The position numbers and the translations under genes are program-made. The notes below the pieces were generated by a model that made no database searches, had not been told where the DNA came from, and saw nothing but the letters and a program-made list of their open reading frames with translations. Shown here one piece after another: positions 9,494 through 18,178 of a stretch of 27,190 nucleotides of DNA (positions are counted from its first letter, which is position 1; each line of letters opens with the position of its first letter). This DNA comes from Nanobdellota archaeon (lineage in GTDB: Archaea; Nanobdellota; Nanobdellia; Woesearchaeales; GW2011-AR4): the NCBI GenBank assembly GCA_038046385.1, contig JBBSWH010000019.1:1-27190 (forward strand), written 5' to 3'.

Positions 9494-9598
9494 GGGATTA
9501 TGGAAGTAAAATTCCAAAATCCTGTCAAACACTAGGAGGCAGCGTCGAAACAAGTTTCGACTGGTCTCCTGCGTGTAAAACACTAGGAGGTGTTCAAT
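9494..9598 (+). promoter_or_regulatory. Structured 5' leader with duplicated RBS-containing 13-mer (candidate translational switch)
   Basis: AAACACTAGGAGG occurs at 9527-9539 and 9578-9590. CTCCTGCGTGT (9566-9576) is complementary to both copies. Additional hairpins at 9494-9522 and 9544-9561. Confidence 0.5.
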
Positions 9599-9811
9599 AT
9601 GGGATGCTGTGAAAGTATGTGCAGTAAATGCATGGGAGGAAATTACATAGTACTTGGTTTATTGATTTACCTAAACCAGATGTATGTGTGGATGGACGCA
9701 TGGAAGTTCATCGGTGTACTATTAATATTGAAGGGATTGCTTAAAATGGTCAAGCCATCATGCGGGCATTGCGATTCAGGTGCAATGCAGATGAAGAAAG
9801 GCAAGCGTTAA
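9599..9811 (+). CDS. Small Cys-rich membrane hairpin protein (70 aa)
   Basis: SD GGAGGTG lies 6 nt before the ATG at 9599. CCxxxCxxC and CxxC motifs flank two hydrophobic segments. Confidence 0.7.
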   Translation: MGCCESMCSKCMGGNYIVLGLLIYLNQMYVWMDAWKFIGVLLILKGLLKMVKPSCGHCDSGAMQMKKGKR

Positions 9812-9825
9812 TTTTCCTTTCGTAG

Positions 9826-9899
9826 ATATGATTGAAGATATGCCATAGCCAGGTAACCGGGCAAGTCCCAAATGTTCCTGGGGCGTATTTTCAGCATAT
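9826..9899 (+). other. Long G-U-containing stem-loop downstream of the small gene (3' UTR element, terminator or sRNA)
   Basis: ATATGATTGAAGATATGCC (9826-9844) pairs with GGCGTATTTTCAGCATAT (9882-9899). Inner stems are CCAGG/CCTGG and GGG/CCC. A T-tract follows. Confidence 0.5.
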
Positions 9900-9932
9900 A
9901 CTTTTTTATAATAAGTTCTTTCTCTAGTTATT

Positions 9933-10673
9933 ATGCCAATTAAAAAGGTGCTAATCACGGATCAGGGTAAAAAATTCTTTGCTAAAGGCTTTGATGAAGA
10001 TTTGCATACACAATACGGGTTTGTGAAGAAAGAAGATTTGAAAGCTGCAAAAGACGGAAGTGTTGTCAAGTCAAACACAGGCAAGGAATTCTTCGTGTTT
10101 GAACCGTCATTCATAGACGTATATAGGAAAATAAAAAGGGATGCACAGATTATACCCTTAAAAGATGTCGGGTATATAATAGCAGAAACTGGGATTAACA
10201 AAGAATCAAGGATTTTGGATGCTGGTGCTGGATCTGGCGCTTTGTCATGCTTCTTGGCAGGAATAGCTAAGGAAGTTATCACATATGATATAAGGGAAGA
10301 TTTTATCAAGATTGTAAAGGCCAATATAGAGTTTCTTGGATTGAAAAACATCAAAATAAAGCACAAGGACATTTACAATGAAACTGAGGAAGAAGATATT
10401 GATGTTGTAACACTTGATGTACCAGAGCCGTGGAAGGCGCTTGAGAATGTTTCCAAGGCGCTTAAGCCAGGCGGATTTCTTGTTTCATACAGCCCCTCTA
10501 TTCCGCAGGTTGCTGATTTTGTGAATGCTGTGAGGAAAAATGATGATTTTATTTATATTAAATCAATAGAGATAACGGAAAGGGAATGGGAAGTTGAAGA
10601 AAGGAAAGTGCGACCAAAATCAAGAGGTTTGGGTCATTCTGGATTTTTGAGTTTTGCAAGGAAAGTAAAATAA
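9933..10673 (+). CDS. trmI: tRNA (adenine-N1, m1A57/58) methyltransferase
   Basis: LHTQYG, IKRDAQII, ILDAGAGSGALS, LDVPEPW, YSPSIPQV and VRP...GHSGFL, matching the GCD14/TrmI family. Confidence 0.9.
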   Translation: MPIKKVLITDQGKKFFAKGFDEDLHTQYGFVKKEDLKAAKDGSVVKSNTGKEFFVFEPSFIDVYRKIKRDAQIIPLKDVGYIIAETGINKESRILDAGAGSGALSCFLAGIAKEVITYDIREDFIKIVKANIEFLGLKNIKIKHKDIYNETEEEDIDVVTLDVPEPWKALENVSKALKPGGFLVSYSPSIPQVADFVNAVRKNDDFIYIKSIEITEREWEVEERKVRPKSRGLGHSGFLSFARKVK

Positions 10674-10754
10674 CGAAAATTCGCCATTTGGCAAATTTTC
10701 GGAATAGTAAATTTCACTAAATCATGCCTAAAATGTGAAATTCACAATAGAAAG

Positions 10755-10782
10755 TTTTATATAGTTAGTTATACATGTATAA
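10755..10782 (+). promoter_or_regulatory. TA-operon promoter: TATA box plus palindromic operator
   Basis: TTTTATATA at 10755-10763. Perfect 14-bp palindrome TTATACATGTATAA at 10769-10782, just before the antitoxin ATG. Confidence 0.6.
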
Positions 10783-10787
10783 TTAAT

Positions 10788-11012
10788 ATGATGGAGATAA
10801 AAGCTATGACAAGGAAATGGGGAAATTCTATTGGGATATTGATACCAAAAGAAGCAGTTAAGAGAGAGGATATAAAACCTAATCAGGAGATCACTTTAAT
10901 GATAAACAAAAAACCAATAACAAAAGGAAAAGATATTTGGGGAACATTAAAATTCAAAGAATCCACTGAACAGCTTATGAGAGAAGTAGACAAGGAATTT
11001 GGATTGGATTAA
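10788..11012 (+). CDS. AbrB/MazE-family antitoxin
   Basis: RKWGNSIGILIPK swapped-hairpin motif. 74 aa, directly upstream of a PIN gene. Confidence 0.88.
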   Translation: MMEIKAMTRKWGNSIGILIPKEAVKREDIKPNQEITLMINKKPITKGKDIWGTLKFKESTEQLMREVDKEFGLD

Positions 11013-11013
11013 A

Positions 11014-11376
11014 ATGTCTTATTTTTTTGATAGCTATGCAATAATTGCACTTGCGGAAGGCATTCCCTCTTATGACAGCTATCAAGGAATTGAAATAATA
11101 ACAAGTGTGCTGAACATTGGCGAGATATATCAAATTATTCTAAGAAAGCAAGGAAAACAGTCAGCAGATACTTGGTTTAAAAAAATTAATTTTAAATTGA
11201 TTGAAATATCTCCAGAGGCAATTATTGAAGCAGTTCACTTTAGGCATTTGAATAAAAAAAATGATATTTCTTTGCCTGATGCAGTCGGGTATACTCTATC
11301 ACTAAAGCACGGGTTAAAATTTCTTACAGGGGATATGCAATTTGAAAAGCTTCCAAATGTCGAGTTTGTAAAATGA
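11014..11376 (+). CDS. vapC: PIN-domain (VapC) toxin
   Basis: YFFDSYAII, NIGEIY, ISLPDA and LTGDMQF acidic PIN motifs. ATG at 11014 follows the antitoxin stop. Confidence 0.88.
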   Translation: MSYFFDSYAIIALAEGIPSYDSYQGIEIITSVLNIGEIYQIILRKQGKQSADTWFKKINFKLIEISPEAIIEAVHFRHLNKKNDISLPDAVGYTLSLKHGLKFLTGDMQFEKLPNVEFVK

Positions 11377-11993
11377 TATTCAAACAAGTTGCATTGGGAA
11401 AGATGCAGAATTTTTCTTATATCATGGGAGATAGTGGGGAAGCTGCAATTGTTGATCCTGGGTGGGATGTTGATGAATTAATTGAAACTGCAGAAGATAT
11501 GAAAATAACCAAGATAATTCTGACGCATTTTCATTTTGACCACGTGCAAAAAACAGATGAACTTGCTGACAGGACAAAAGCGGAGATTTACCTTTACGAG
11601 GATGAATTTGAATCACTGAAAAAAGTTGTTGGGAGCCATAAAGTGCACAAATTGAAAGATAATGATAAAATCAAAGTTGGAAAAGTGAAAATTAAAGTTA
11701 TTCACACGCCTGGGCATACTCCCGGGGGTATGTGCCTTTTAGTCGAGAATAAATTGATAACAGGCGATACTCTTTTTGTGAATGCAATCGGAAGAACAGA
11801 TTTGCCGGGAGGAAATGCGCCGCAATTGTTTGACAGTTTGCAGAAACTGAAAAAGCTTGACGATAAAATAGAAGTCTATCCAGGGCATGACTATGGCGAT
11901 GTTCCAGTTTCAACAATTGCAAGAGAAAAAAAACAAAATCCCTATTTTATGTGCAAGTCAAAGGAAGATTTTCTTAAGATGGTTGGGTATTAA
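11373..11993 (+). CDS. MBL-fold metallo-hydrolase (glyoxalase II-like)
   Basis: THFHFDH, HTPGHTPG, TGDTLF and YPGHDY motifs. Confidence 0.9.
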   Translation: MIFKQVALGKMQNFSYIMGDSGEAAIVDPGWDVDELIETAEDMKITKIILTHFHFDHVQKTDELADRTKAEIYLYEDEFESLKKVVGSHKVHKLKDNDKIKVGKVKIKVIHTPGHTPGGMCLLVENKLITGDTLFVNAIGRTDLPGGNAPQLFDSLQKLKKLDDKIEVYPGHDYGDVPVSTIAREKKQNPYFMCKSKEDFLKMVGY

Positions 11994-12032
11994 TAACAAA
12001 TCTTAAATAGTTTATTTTAAAATGTATCTAAA

Positions 12033-13317
12033 ATGTATGATTTAAATCTTCTAAGAAAAGCATTGTCTTATCTAAACTCTGAAGAAGAAAAAAATAAGAT
12101 ACCTTTGGAGGCTTCTAAGGCCTTACCTTGAAAGAGATAGTGATATTGCAAATGTCTGGGATCCTAAAGTTCAAGCAAAATTTGCACAGATTAAAGATAA
12201 ACTAATAAAACTAAAAGCAATACTCGTAAAATTTCATGATTTCTATAAAACTGATGAAAGCAGATACAAAAGTGAAATCAATAAAATAGAAGAATTGCTT
12301 GGGCTGCTGTCAAATATAAAATCAAATGAAGCATGGATAGAAGAATTGCATGATGATATGGAATCGATTTTGAAAGCAATTGAAGCTGAAAGAGTCAGAG
12401 CACAGAAGATGTCCAGAAGGATGTTTATAGGCACTTCGGTTGTTGCGGCTGCATCGGCAGCTGGACTTTATAGGGCAGGTGTATTTGACAAAACAGAGAC
12501 AAAAGAAAGAGAGCTGCTGGAAAACTTCTTGTCTCCCTCTGAAGTCCCCCTAACAAGGAAAGAGATTGAAGTAATCCTTTATGATATTGAAGATAAAGAT
12601 GGAACTGTTGGGAGGGCAGTGCACATAGGAGGTAACTATTTTATTACCGCCAATCATGTTGTAAGTAGGGGAGTTGTCGGGAAAAGGCTGCTCCCTCAGC
12701 ACAGAAGAGGATACCAATGGGATTTTTCATCTGAGTTTAACATCATTGCTGTGGATAAAAGGTCAGATTTAGCATTGTTAAAAACAAACTATGAACGTGT
12801 AGAATACAAACCCAGATTGCACATAAGCAACAGAAAACCTATGCTTGGAGAAAGCATATCTGAATTTACTTTTTTGAGTGGGTCTGCTGTAACAGAAGAA
12901 TATAGACTGGACTATTCCGGAATGGACCCTTGTAATAATAAAAAAATAGAGCAAAATATTGGATCAATAATCCTACTAAAAGGCACACATCTCCTTGAAA
13001 AAGTTGGAAAAGTACAAGATAGAGTATGCTATGACAAAGGATATGGGAAATTTTCCAGCGATCATGGTGTAGCAACTATAAATGTTTTTAATGGTGAAAG
13101 CGGCTCTCCTATTTTTATAAAGTTGGATGGAGATGAATATTATGTATTTATCGGCTTAACTCATTCAGCTTTTGGCTTTAAAAATGGTATAAAAACACCA
13201 AATAATCCGCTCGGGTATAACATGATGCAACAGACAAGTGTGGGATTCACGACTAGGAATGCTGTGGAAAGGCTAATCAGAAATTATTTGGCAAAAATGA
13301 GCTATAATATAAAATAA
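12033..13317 (+). CDS. Trypsin-like serine protease with N-terminal helical region; apparent +1 frameshift in the A7 run at 12088-12094
   Basis: Catalytic triad motifs ITANHV, DLALL and GESGSP. The protease frame is open from 12076. ATG 12033 is in another frame and joins it if one A is removed. Confidence 0.7.
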
Positions 13318-13332
13318 TTATTAATTTTAATT

Positions 13333-13803
13333 CTAATCAAAAAATATACTATAAACATATTCATGCTTGTTCTTGTAATAATGCTCTTTTAATGTCGTCT
13401 CGTGCTTAAATCCTAATTTTTCGTAGAATTTCTGCGCCCTTTCGTTGTCTTCGTGCGTAAGCAAATATAATTTTCTTAATTTTGATTTGTTTTTTTTGTA
13501 AGATTGTTTTGCGTCTTTCACGAGAGCATCAAACAGCGGCTTTGCAATTCCTTTGCCCCTGCATTCAGGCAATAACGCGATTCTGTCAAGCTCTGCCAAT
13601 TGATGCTTCGGCAAGCCGTGCATCACCCATGTAACAATTCCTACAATTTTTCCTTTGTCTTCTGCAACAATGTAATGGTGATGCTTTATTGTTTCGTTCT
13701 TGAAGGCTGCAATCCCTTCCTTCAAGTCTTTTATGTTGTAGCTTTTAACGAGAACGTTTGCTATTCCTTTTGCATCTTTTGAAACTGCTTTGCGGATTTT
13801 CAT
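13333..13803 (-). CDS. GNAT-family N-acetyltransferase
   Basis: MKIRKA, PECRGKGIAK acetyl-CoA motif and NERAQKFYEKLGF. ATGA overlap with the upstream gene favours start 13803 (alternative 13809). Confidence 0.88.
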   Translation of the reverse strand: MKIRKAVSKDAKGIANVLVKSYNIKDLKEGIAAFKNETIKHHHYIVAEDKGKIVGIVTWVMHGLPKHQLAELDRIALLPECRGKGIAKPLFDALVKDAKQSYKKNKSKLRKLYLLTHEDNERAQKFYEKLGFKHETTLKEHYYKNKHEYVYSIFFD

Positions 13804-14249
13804 ATCCATCTCCTTACCTGTTTTTTGTATGACAAATATTTTTTTCCGAAAGTCTGCTCCATTAGATTTTCCTCGTATAGAACATAGTATTTATTTATTA
13901 TGAAAAAAAATGCTATTGGAGATATTAATGTAAGGGAGTTTTGAAAAAGCAAAGAAGTGCCTATAAGAAAAATAACCATAGAAAAGTATATTGGATTTCT
14001 GCTAAGTTTATAAGCACCTTCCGTTATAAAAAATTCCGGCGTTGTCCCTGGGACAATTGGTGTTTTGTTTTTCCTGAAAAGGCTGGCAGAGTAAACAATA
14101 ATCAACAGCGCAAATATAATAAGGGCCATTCCTGCTCCTGGATATACATTGAAAGAATACCTCGGAAACATTCTGTCAATCAGCCACGAAAGCATTACTA
14201 ATAAGGCTACAAAATACGGAGGCTTCATCCTGAATTGTTTTATTTTCAT
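13800..14249 (-). CDS. Isoprenylcysteine carboxyl methyltransferase / PEMT-family membrane protein
   Basis: ITEGAYKLSRNPIY, EENLMEQTFG and YKKQVRRWI signatures. Confidence 0.85.
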   Translation of the reverse strand: MKIKQFRMKPPYFVALLVMLSWLIDRMFPRYSFNVYPGAGMALIIFALLIIVYSASLFRKNKTPIVPGTTPEFFITEGAYKLSRNPIYFSMVIFLIGTSLLFQNSLTLISPIAFFFIINKYYVLYEENLMEQTFGKKYLSYKKQVRRWI

Positions 14250-16078
14250 TCAACAACAACACTCTTTGCCAGATTTCGAGGCTTGTCCACATCTTTTCCA
14301 AGCTTTTCTGCAATATGGTATGCCAATAATTGCAAAGGAACAGCTGCAAGTATCGAGCTTAAAGTATAAAGTGTTTTGGGTATGAATATTGTATGCTTTG
14401 CTTTTTTAGGGATTTCTTTGTCGCCTTCTGTGGCTATTGCCATTATAATTCCGCCTCTGGCTTTTACTTCTTCTATGTTTCCGAGGACTTTCTTGTAAGT
14501 GTGAATATCATGAGGGGCAATAAACAAGACAGGCATATTCTTATCAATAAGCGCAATCGGGCCGTGCTTCATTTCTGCAGCAGGATATCCCTCTGCATGA
14601 ATGTAAGATACTTCCTTTAATTTTAATGCGCCTTCAAGCGCTATTGGAAAATTAACTCCGCGTCCAAGATAAAGCGAATTTTTTTTGCTCAAATAAAGGT
14701 TAACGCATTTCATTATTTCCTTGTCTTCCTTGAGAACGCTTTGAAGCTGCAATGGAATTTTCCTTATTCCCCCAATCATTGATTTTATCTGATCTTCATT
14801 AAGTGTTTTTCTGATTTTTGAAAATAGTATAGTAAGAAGGTAAAGGACCGCAAGCTGTGTTGTGAATGCTTTTGTCGACGCAACTCCAATTTCAGGCCCT
14901 GCCCTTGTATAAATAACCCCATCAGCAATCCTTGTCATTGAAGAGCCCATCACGTTGCAGATTGTAAGTGTCTTTACTCCGTATTTTTTTGCCTCTTTCA
15001 GAGCTGCAATTGTATCTGCTGTTTCTCCAGATTGAGAGATTGCTATTACAAGCGTGTTTTTGTCCATTATCGGATGCCTGTATCTAAATTCCGAAGCATA
15101 CTCGACTTGAGTTTGTATTTTTGCAAGCTCCTCAAACATAAACTCTCCTGTCAAGCCGGCATGCCATGATGTTCCGCAGGCAAGAATGACTATGTTGTTT
15201 ATTTTCTTCAGCTGCTCATTTGAAAATCCAAACTCTTTTTCAAAAATAATATTATTATCCAATATTCTGTCATTCAATGTGTCTGCAATTGCGCTTGGCT
15301 GCTCGTGAATCTCTTTTAGCATGAAATGCTTGTAGCCCTGCTTCTGCGCTGCTTCTGCTGTCCAGTTTATTGTGTGGATTTTTTTCTTTTTTTCTTTCCC
15401 ATTTAAGTCAAAAACATTAAAATTAGTTTTTGTAAGGACTGCAATTTCCTTGTCTTCAAGATAAACTATTTTATTTGTGTACTCCAATATTGAAGGGACG
15501 TCTGATGCAATAAAATTTTCGCCTTTTCCGATGCCAAGAATCAACGGGCTTTCGTTTCTTGCTGCAAGAAGCTTATCCGGGTTGTCTGCGCTTAATATTC
15601 CCAATGCATAACTCCCTTCCATTTTCTGCAGGGAAAGCCTTAATGCATCCTCTATCTTATTTTTTTTTGAATACTCCTCAATAAGGTGCGCTATGACTTC
15701 TGTGTCTGTTTCAGACGAGAATTTGTGGCCTTTTTTTATCAATTCATCTTTTAGTTCGGAATAGTTTTCGATTATCCCGTTGTGAATAACACTTATCTTA
15801 TTTTTGCAGTCTACATGGGGATGCGCGTTTCTGTTTGAAGTTTTACCATGGGTGCTCCATCTGCAGTGGCCTATGCCTATATTGCCCGGAATGCTTAGAA
15901 AATCGACTTTGCTGTGGACTTCATGGAGCTTGCCAACGCCTTTTTTTATCTTAAACTTGTTGTTGTGGATGAAACACATTCCCACAGAATCATAGCCTCG
16001 GTATTCTAAGTTAGATAGGCCGTTGAACAGCTTGCTGTTCACATTTTCGCTTGAAACAACCCCTACTATGCCGCACAT
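14246..16078 (-). CDS. glmS: Glutamine--fructose-6-phosphate aminotransferase
   Basis: MCGIVG N-terminus, LEYRGYDS, GHCRWSTHG, SQSGETADT, EMKHGPIAL and C-terminal DKPRNLAKSVVVE. Confidence 0.97.
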   Translation of the reverse strand: MCGIVGVVSSENVNSKLFNGLSNLEYRGYDSVGMCFIHNNKFKIKKGVGKLHEVHSKVDFLSIPGNIGIGHCRWSTHGKTSNRNAHPHVDCKNKISVIHNGIIENYSELKDELIKKGHKFSSETDTEVIAHLIEEYSKKNKIEDALRLSLQKMEGSYALGILSADNPDKLLAARNESPLILGIGKGENFIASDVPSILEYTNKIVYLEDKEIAVLTKTNFNVFDLNGKEKKKKIHTINWTAEAAQKQGYKHFMLKEIHEQPSAIADTLNDRILDNNIIFEKEFGFSNEQLKKINNIVILACGTSWHAGLTGEFMFEELAKIQTQVEYASEFRYRHPIMDKNTLVIAISQSGETADTIAALKEAKKYGVKTLTICNVMGSSMTRIADGVIYTRAGPEIGVASTKAFTTQLAVLYLLTILFSKIRKTLNEDQIKSMIGGIRKIPLQLQSVLKEDKEIMKCVNLYLSKKNSLYLGRGVNFPIALEGALKLKEVSYIHAEGYPAAEMKHGPIALIDKNMPVLFIAPHDIHTYKKVLGNIEEVKARGGIIMAIATEGDKEIPKKAKHTIFIPKTLYTLSSILAAVPLQLLAYHIAEKLGKDVDKPRNLAKSVVVE

Positions 16079-16163
16079 GGAGTTTAAGCTGTACAGCCTA
16101 TTTATATATCTTATTAAGGTGAGTTCTATAAGGCTTCAAAAATCAAGATTAGAAAAAAATCAA

Positions 16164-16895
16164 TTATGCTTGATTTGGCTTATAAGCCTGTAGAAATCTT
16201 ACTGCATCCAAACCAGTGCATAAAGGATGATCAGCTGCTAAATTCAAGTTTCTTGAATCTTCAAAAGAGTACTTAAAAACTTTGGCTGCATTTACATCCG
16301 TAGGATTTTTGAAATCAAAGGTAAAAACATAAACGTCTCTGCCTTCCATGCTCCAATAGACCGGTGTTTTTATTTGGGCAAATGGAAACTTATCAAATGT
16401 TGATTTTTCAAAGCCGCTTCCACTGGCTAAAACGTGCAAATGAGCGTATTCTCCTCTAGCCTGCATTTCAGTAAGTTTGTTTACCTGCGCAAGAAGCCCA
16501 TCTTCCGACACTGGTTTTTCCATAACTATGCTTGCGCCATACTCCACAATATCCCTGCAAGCTGCTGGATTAACTGTAGTCGCTAAAATAAAAGGGACGT
16601 TTCTCATTTTTTCCACGAAAGAAAGATAGTTGATTAAATTTCCACCAAAATATGTTTTTGCATATGTTTCGGCATCACTTGTGTGTGTATTATTTATGAT
16701 TCTTAATAAATCATCTCCACGGACTTTTGGCATTTGCCAATCGCTGATAATCAAATTGTAGTCGTGCTCAGCGAGAGAACGCACTGCTTTATCCCCATCA
16801 TCAACAGCAGTAACTTCATGGCCTTGCCCCGATAGAGAAGTAACTATATCTTCCAGAATTTTAGGATCGTCTTCAGCAACCAGTATTCTTGCCAT
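16164..16895 (-). CDS. Response-regulator receiver-domain protein with unknown C-terminal domain
   Basis: ILVAEDD, ISDWQMP (phospho-Asp) and EKP motifs. Confidence 0.85.
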   Translation of the reverse strand: MARILVAEDDPKILEDIVTSLSGQGHEVTAVDDGDKAVRSLAEHDYNLIISDWQMPKVRGDDLLRIINNTHTSDAETYAKTYFGGNLINYLSFVEKMRNVPFILATTVNPAACRDIVEYGASIVMEKPVSEDGLLAQVNKLTEMQARGEYAHLHVLASGSGFEKSTFDKFPFAQIKTPVYWSMEGRDVYVFTFDFKNPTDVNAAKVFKYSFEDSRNLNLAADHPLCTGLDAVRFLQAYKPNQA

Positions 16896-17046
16896 AATGC
16901 TGCTTCAAATTAGAAACTCCTTTATAAATCTTTCTATTTTTACTACTAAAGGATAGTTACTTATACAATTTACCCTTATCCATCTCAATAAACAGGCCCC
17001 TGAAACCGCAAGCTTTATAAAGTAACTACTATTAAATAGGTACAAA

Positions 17047-18126
17047 ATGAGGATACTGTCATTTATGCTGGTTTTCATTGTATTGCTTAGTGCAATCTCT
17101 ATAGCCCAGGGGCTTGAAATAACAAAATTAGAGGTGCATGTAGATTATGATGAGGCTTATGCATACAAGCAGCAGTACAAGAGAGACAGGGATGATTCTA
17201 TGTTTGACATTACGAATAATTCTATAATAAAAGCAGATGTTTTTCCAGGATCAAATATAACTTTCACATTAAAGCTTGAGAATACTTTTGACAGCAATGG
17301 AGACGAATTGAGAGGAACGTTTACAAGAATAACTATAGAAGATATAGATGACGGGTCTGATTTAGAGGATGAAAGCAATGATTTTTCGCTTGATCCCGGA
17401 AACAGCGAATTGATGGATATGAAGTTTAAGCTTCCTGTTGATGTTGATTCCGGGTCCTATAATGTTCTTATTGAAACAGAGGCAGAAGGAAAGAACAACA
17501 CAGTTTATTTTATTTCAACAAACCTAAAGCTGGAAGTCAAAAAACTAGCGCACGATATCAGGATAACAAAAGCTGAATTAAAGCCGATTTCTGTTTCATG
17601 CGACAGAAAATCAAAGATATATGCCGAAATAATGAACCTCGGCACTAATCTGGAAGAGGACGTTTCACTGGAATTTAAGTCTCAAAATCTTGGATTAAAC
17701 ACTTTTGACAGGGACATAACTCTTTTTGCATCAAATGCTGATGAAGATGTGATACCTTACAAAAAAACAGCGGCAATAGATGTGCCTTCATTTTTTGAGC
17801 CTGGAAATTACAGGATATTTGTAAATCTTTACTGGAAAAACCTGATACTTTTTGACCAGAAGACAATAGATTTGAATGTAAGGGAATGTAATCCGCTGCC
17901 AAAGCCTGCAAAAATCCAGAATAATAACACAGGAAACAAAAGCGAAGTTGTTATAGAGGCTCCAGAAACATCTAATGACGACAATGAGCCCATTGTAGTT
18001 TCTCAGGAAACGCCGTTCTTTGAAGATCCTGTGCTTGTTTCATTATTCTTTGGAGGAATTGTAGTTGCAATGCTGCTTTTGGCACTGGTTGTTGTTGCTG
18101 TTCTAAAATTTTTCAAGAAAATATAG
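17047..18126 (+). CDS. Cell-surface / S-layer-like protein with Ig-like domains
   Basis: N-terminal signal peptide, acidic beta-rich body, several NxT/S sequons, C-terminal TM with a basic tail. Confidence 0.75.
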   Translation: MRILSFMLVFIVLLSAISIAQGLEITKLEVHVDYDEAYAYKQQYKRDRDDSMFDITNNSIIKADVFPGSNITFTLKLENTFDSNGDELRGTFTRITIEDIDDGSDLEDESNDFSLDPGNSELMDMKFKLPVDVDSGSYNVLIETEAEGKNNTVYFISTNLKLEVKKLAHDIRITKAELKPISVSCDRKSKIYAEIMNLGTNLEEDVSLEFKSQNLGLNTFDRDITLFASNADEDVIPYKKTAAIDVPSFFEPGNYRIFVNLYWKNLILFDQKTIDLNVRECNPLPKPAKIQNNNTGNKSEVVIEAPETSNDDNEPIVVSQETPFFEDPVLVSLFFGGIVVAMLLLALVVVAVLKFFKKI

Positions 18127-18178
18127 GGCAAGATTTATATATTAAACAGATAATATCTATAGTAAGGGGTGTGTTATA

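Noticed and set aside
9840-9899. 5S rRNA or SRP RNA (contains GCCATAGC)
   Set aside because: It is too short and lacks the 5S CCGAAC loop and the SRP helix-8 motif. Kept only as an unknown structure.
16079-16163. glmS ribozyme upstream of glmS
   Set aside because: The intergenic space is only 85 nt, a TATA box lies about 25 nt from the ATG, and no ribozyme core is visible.
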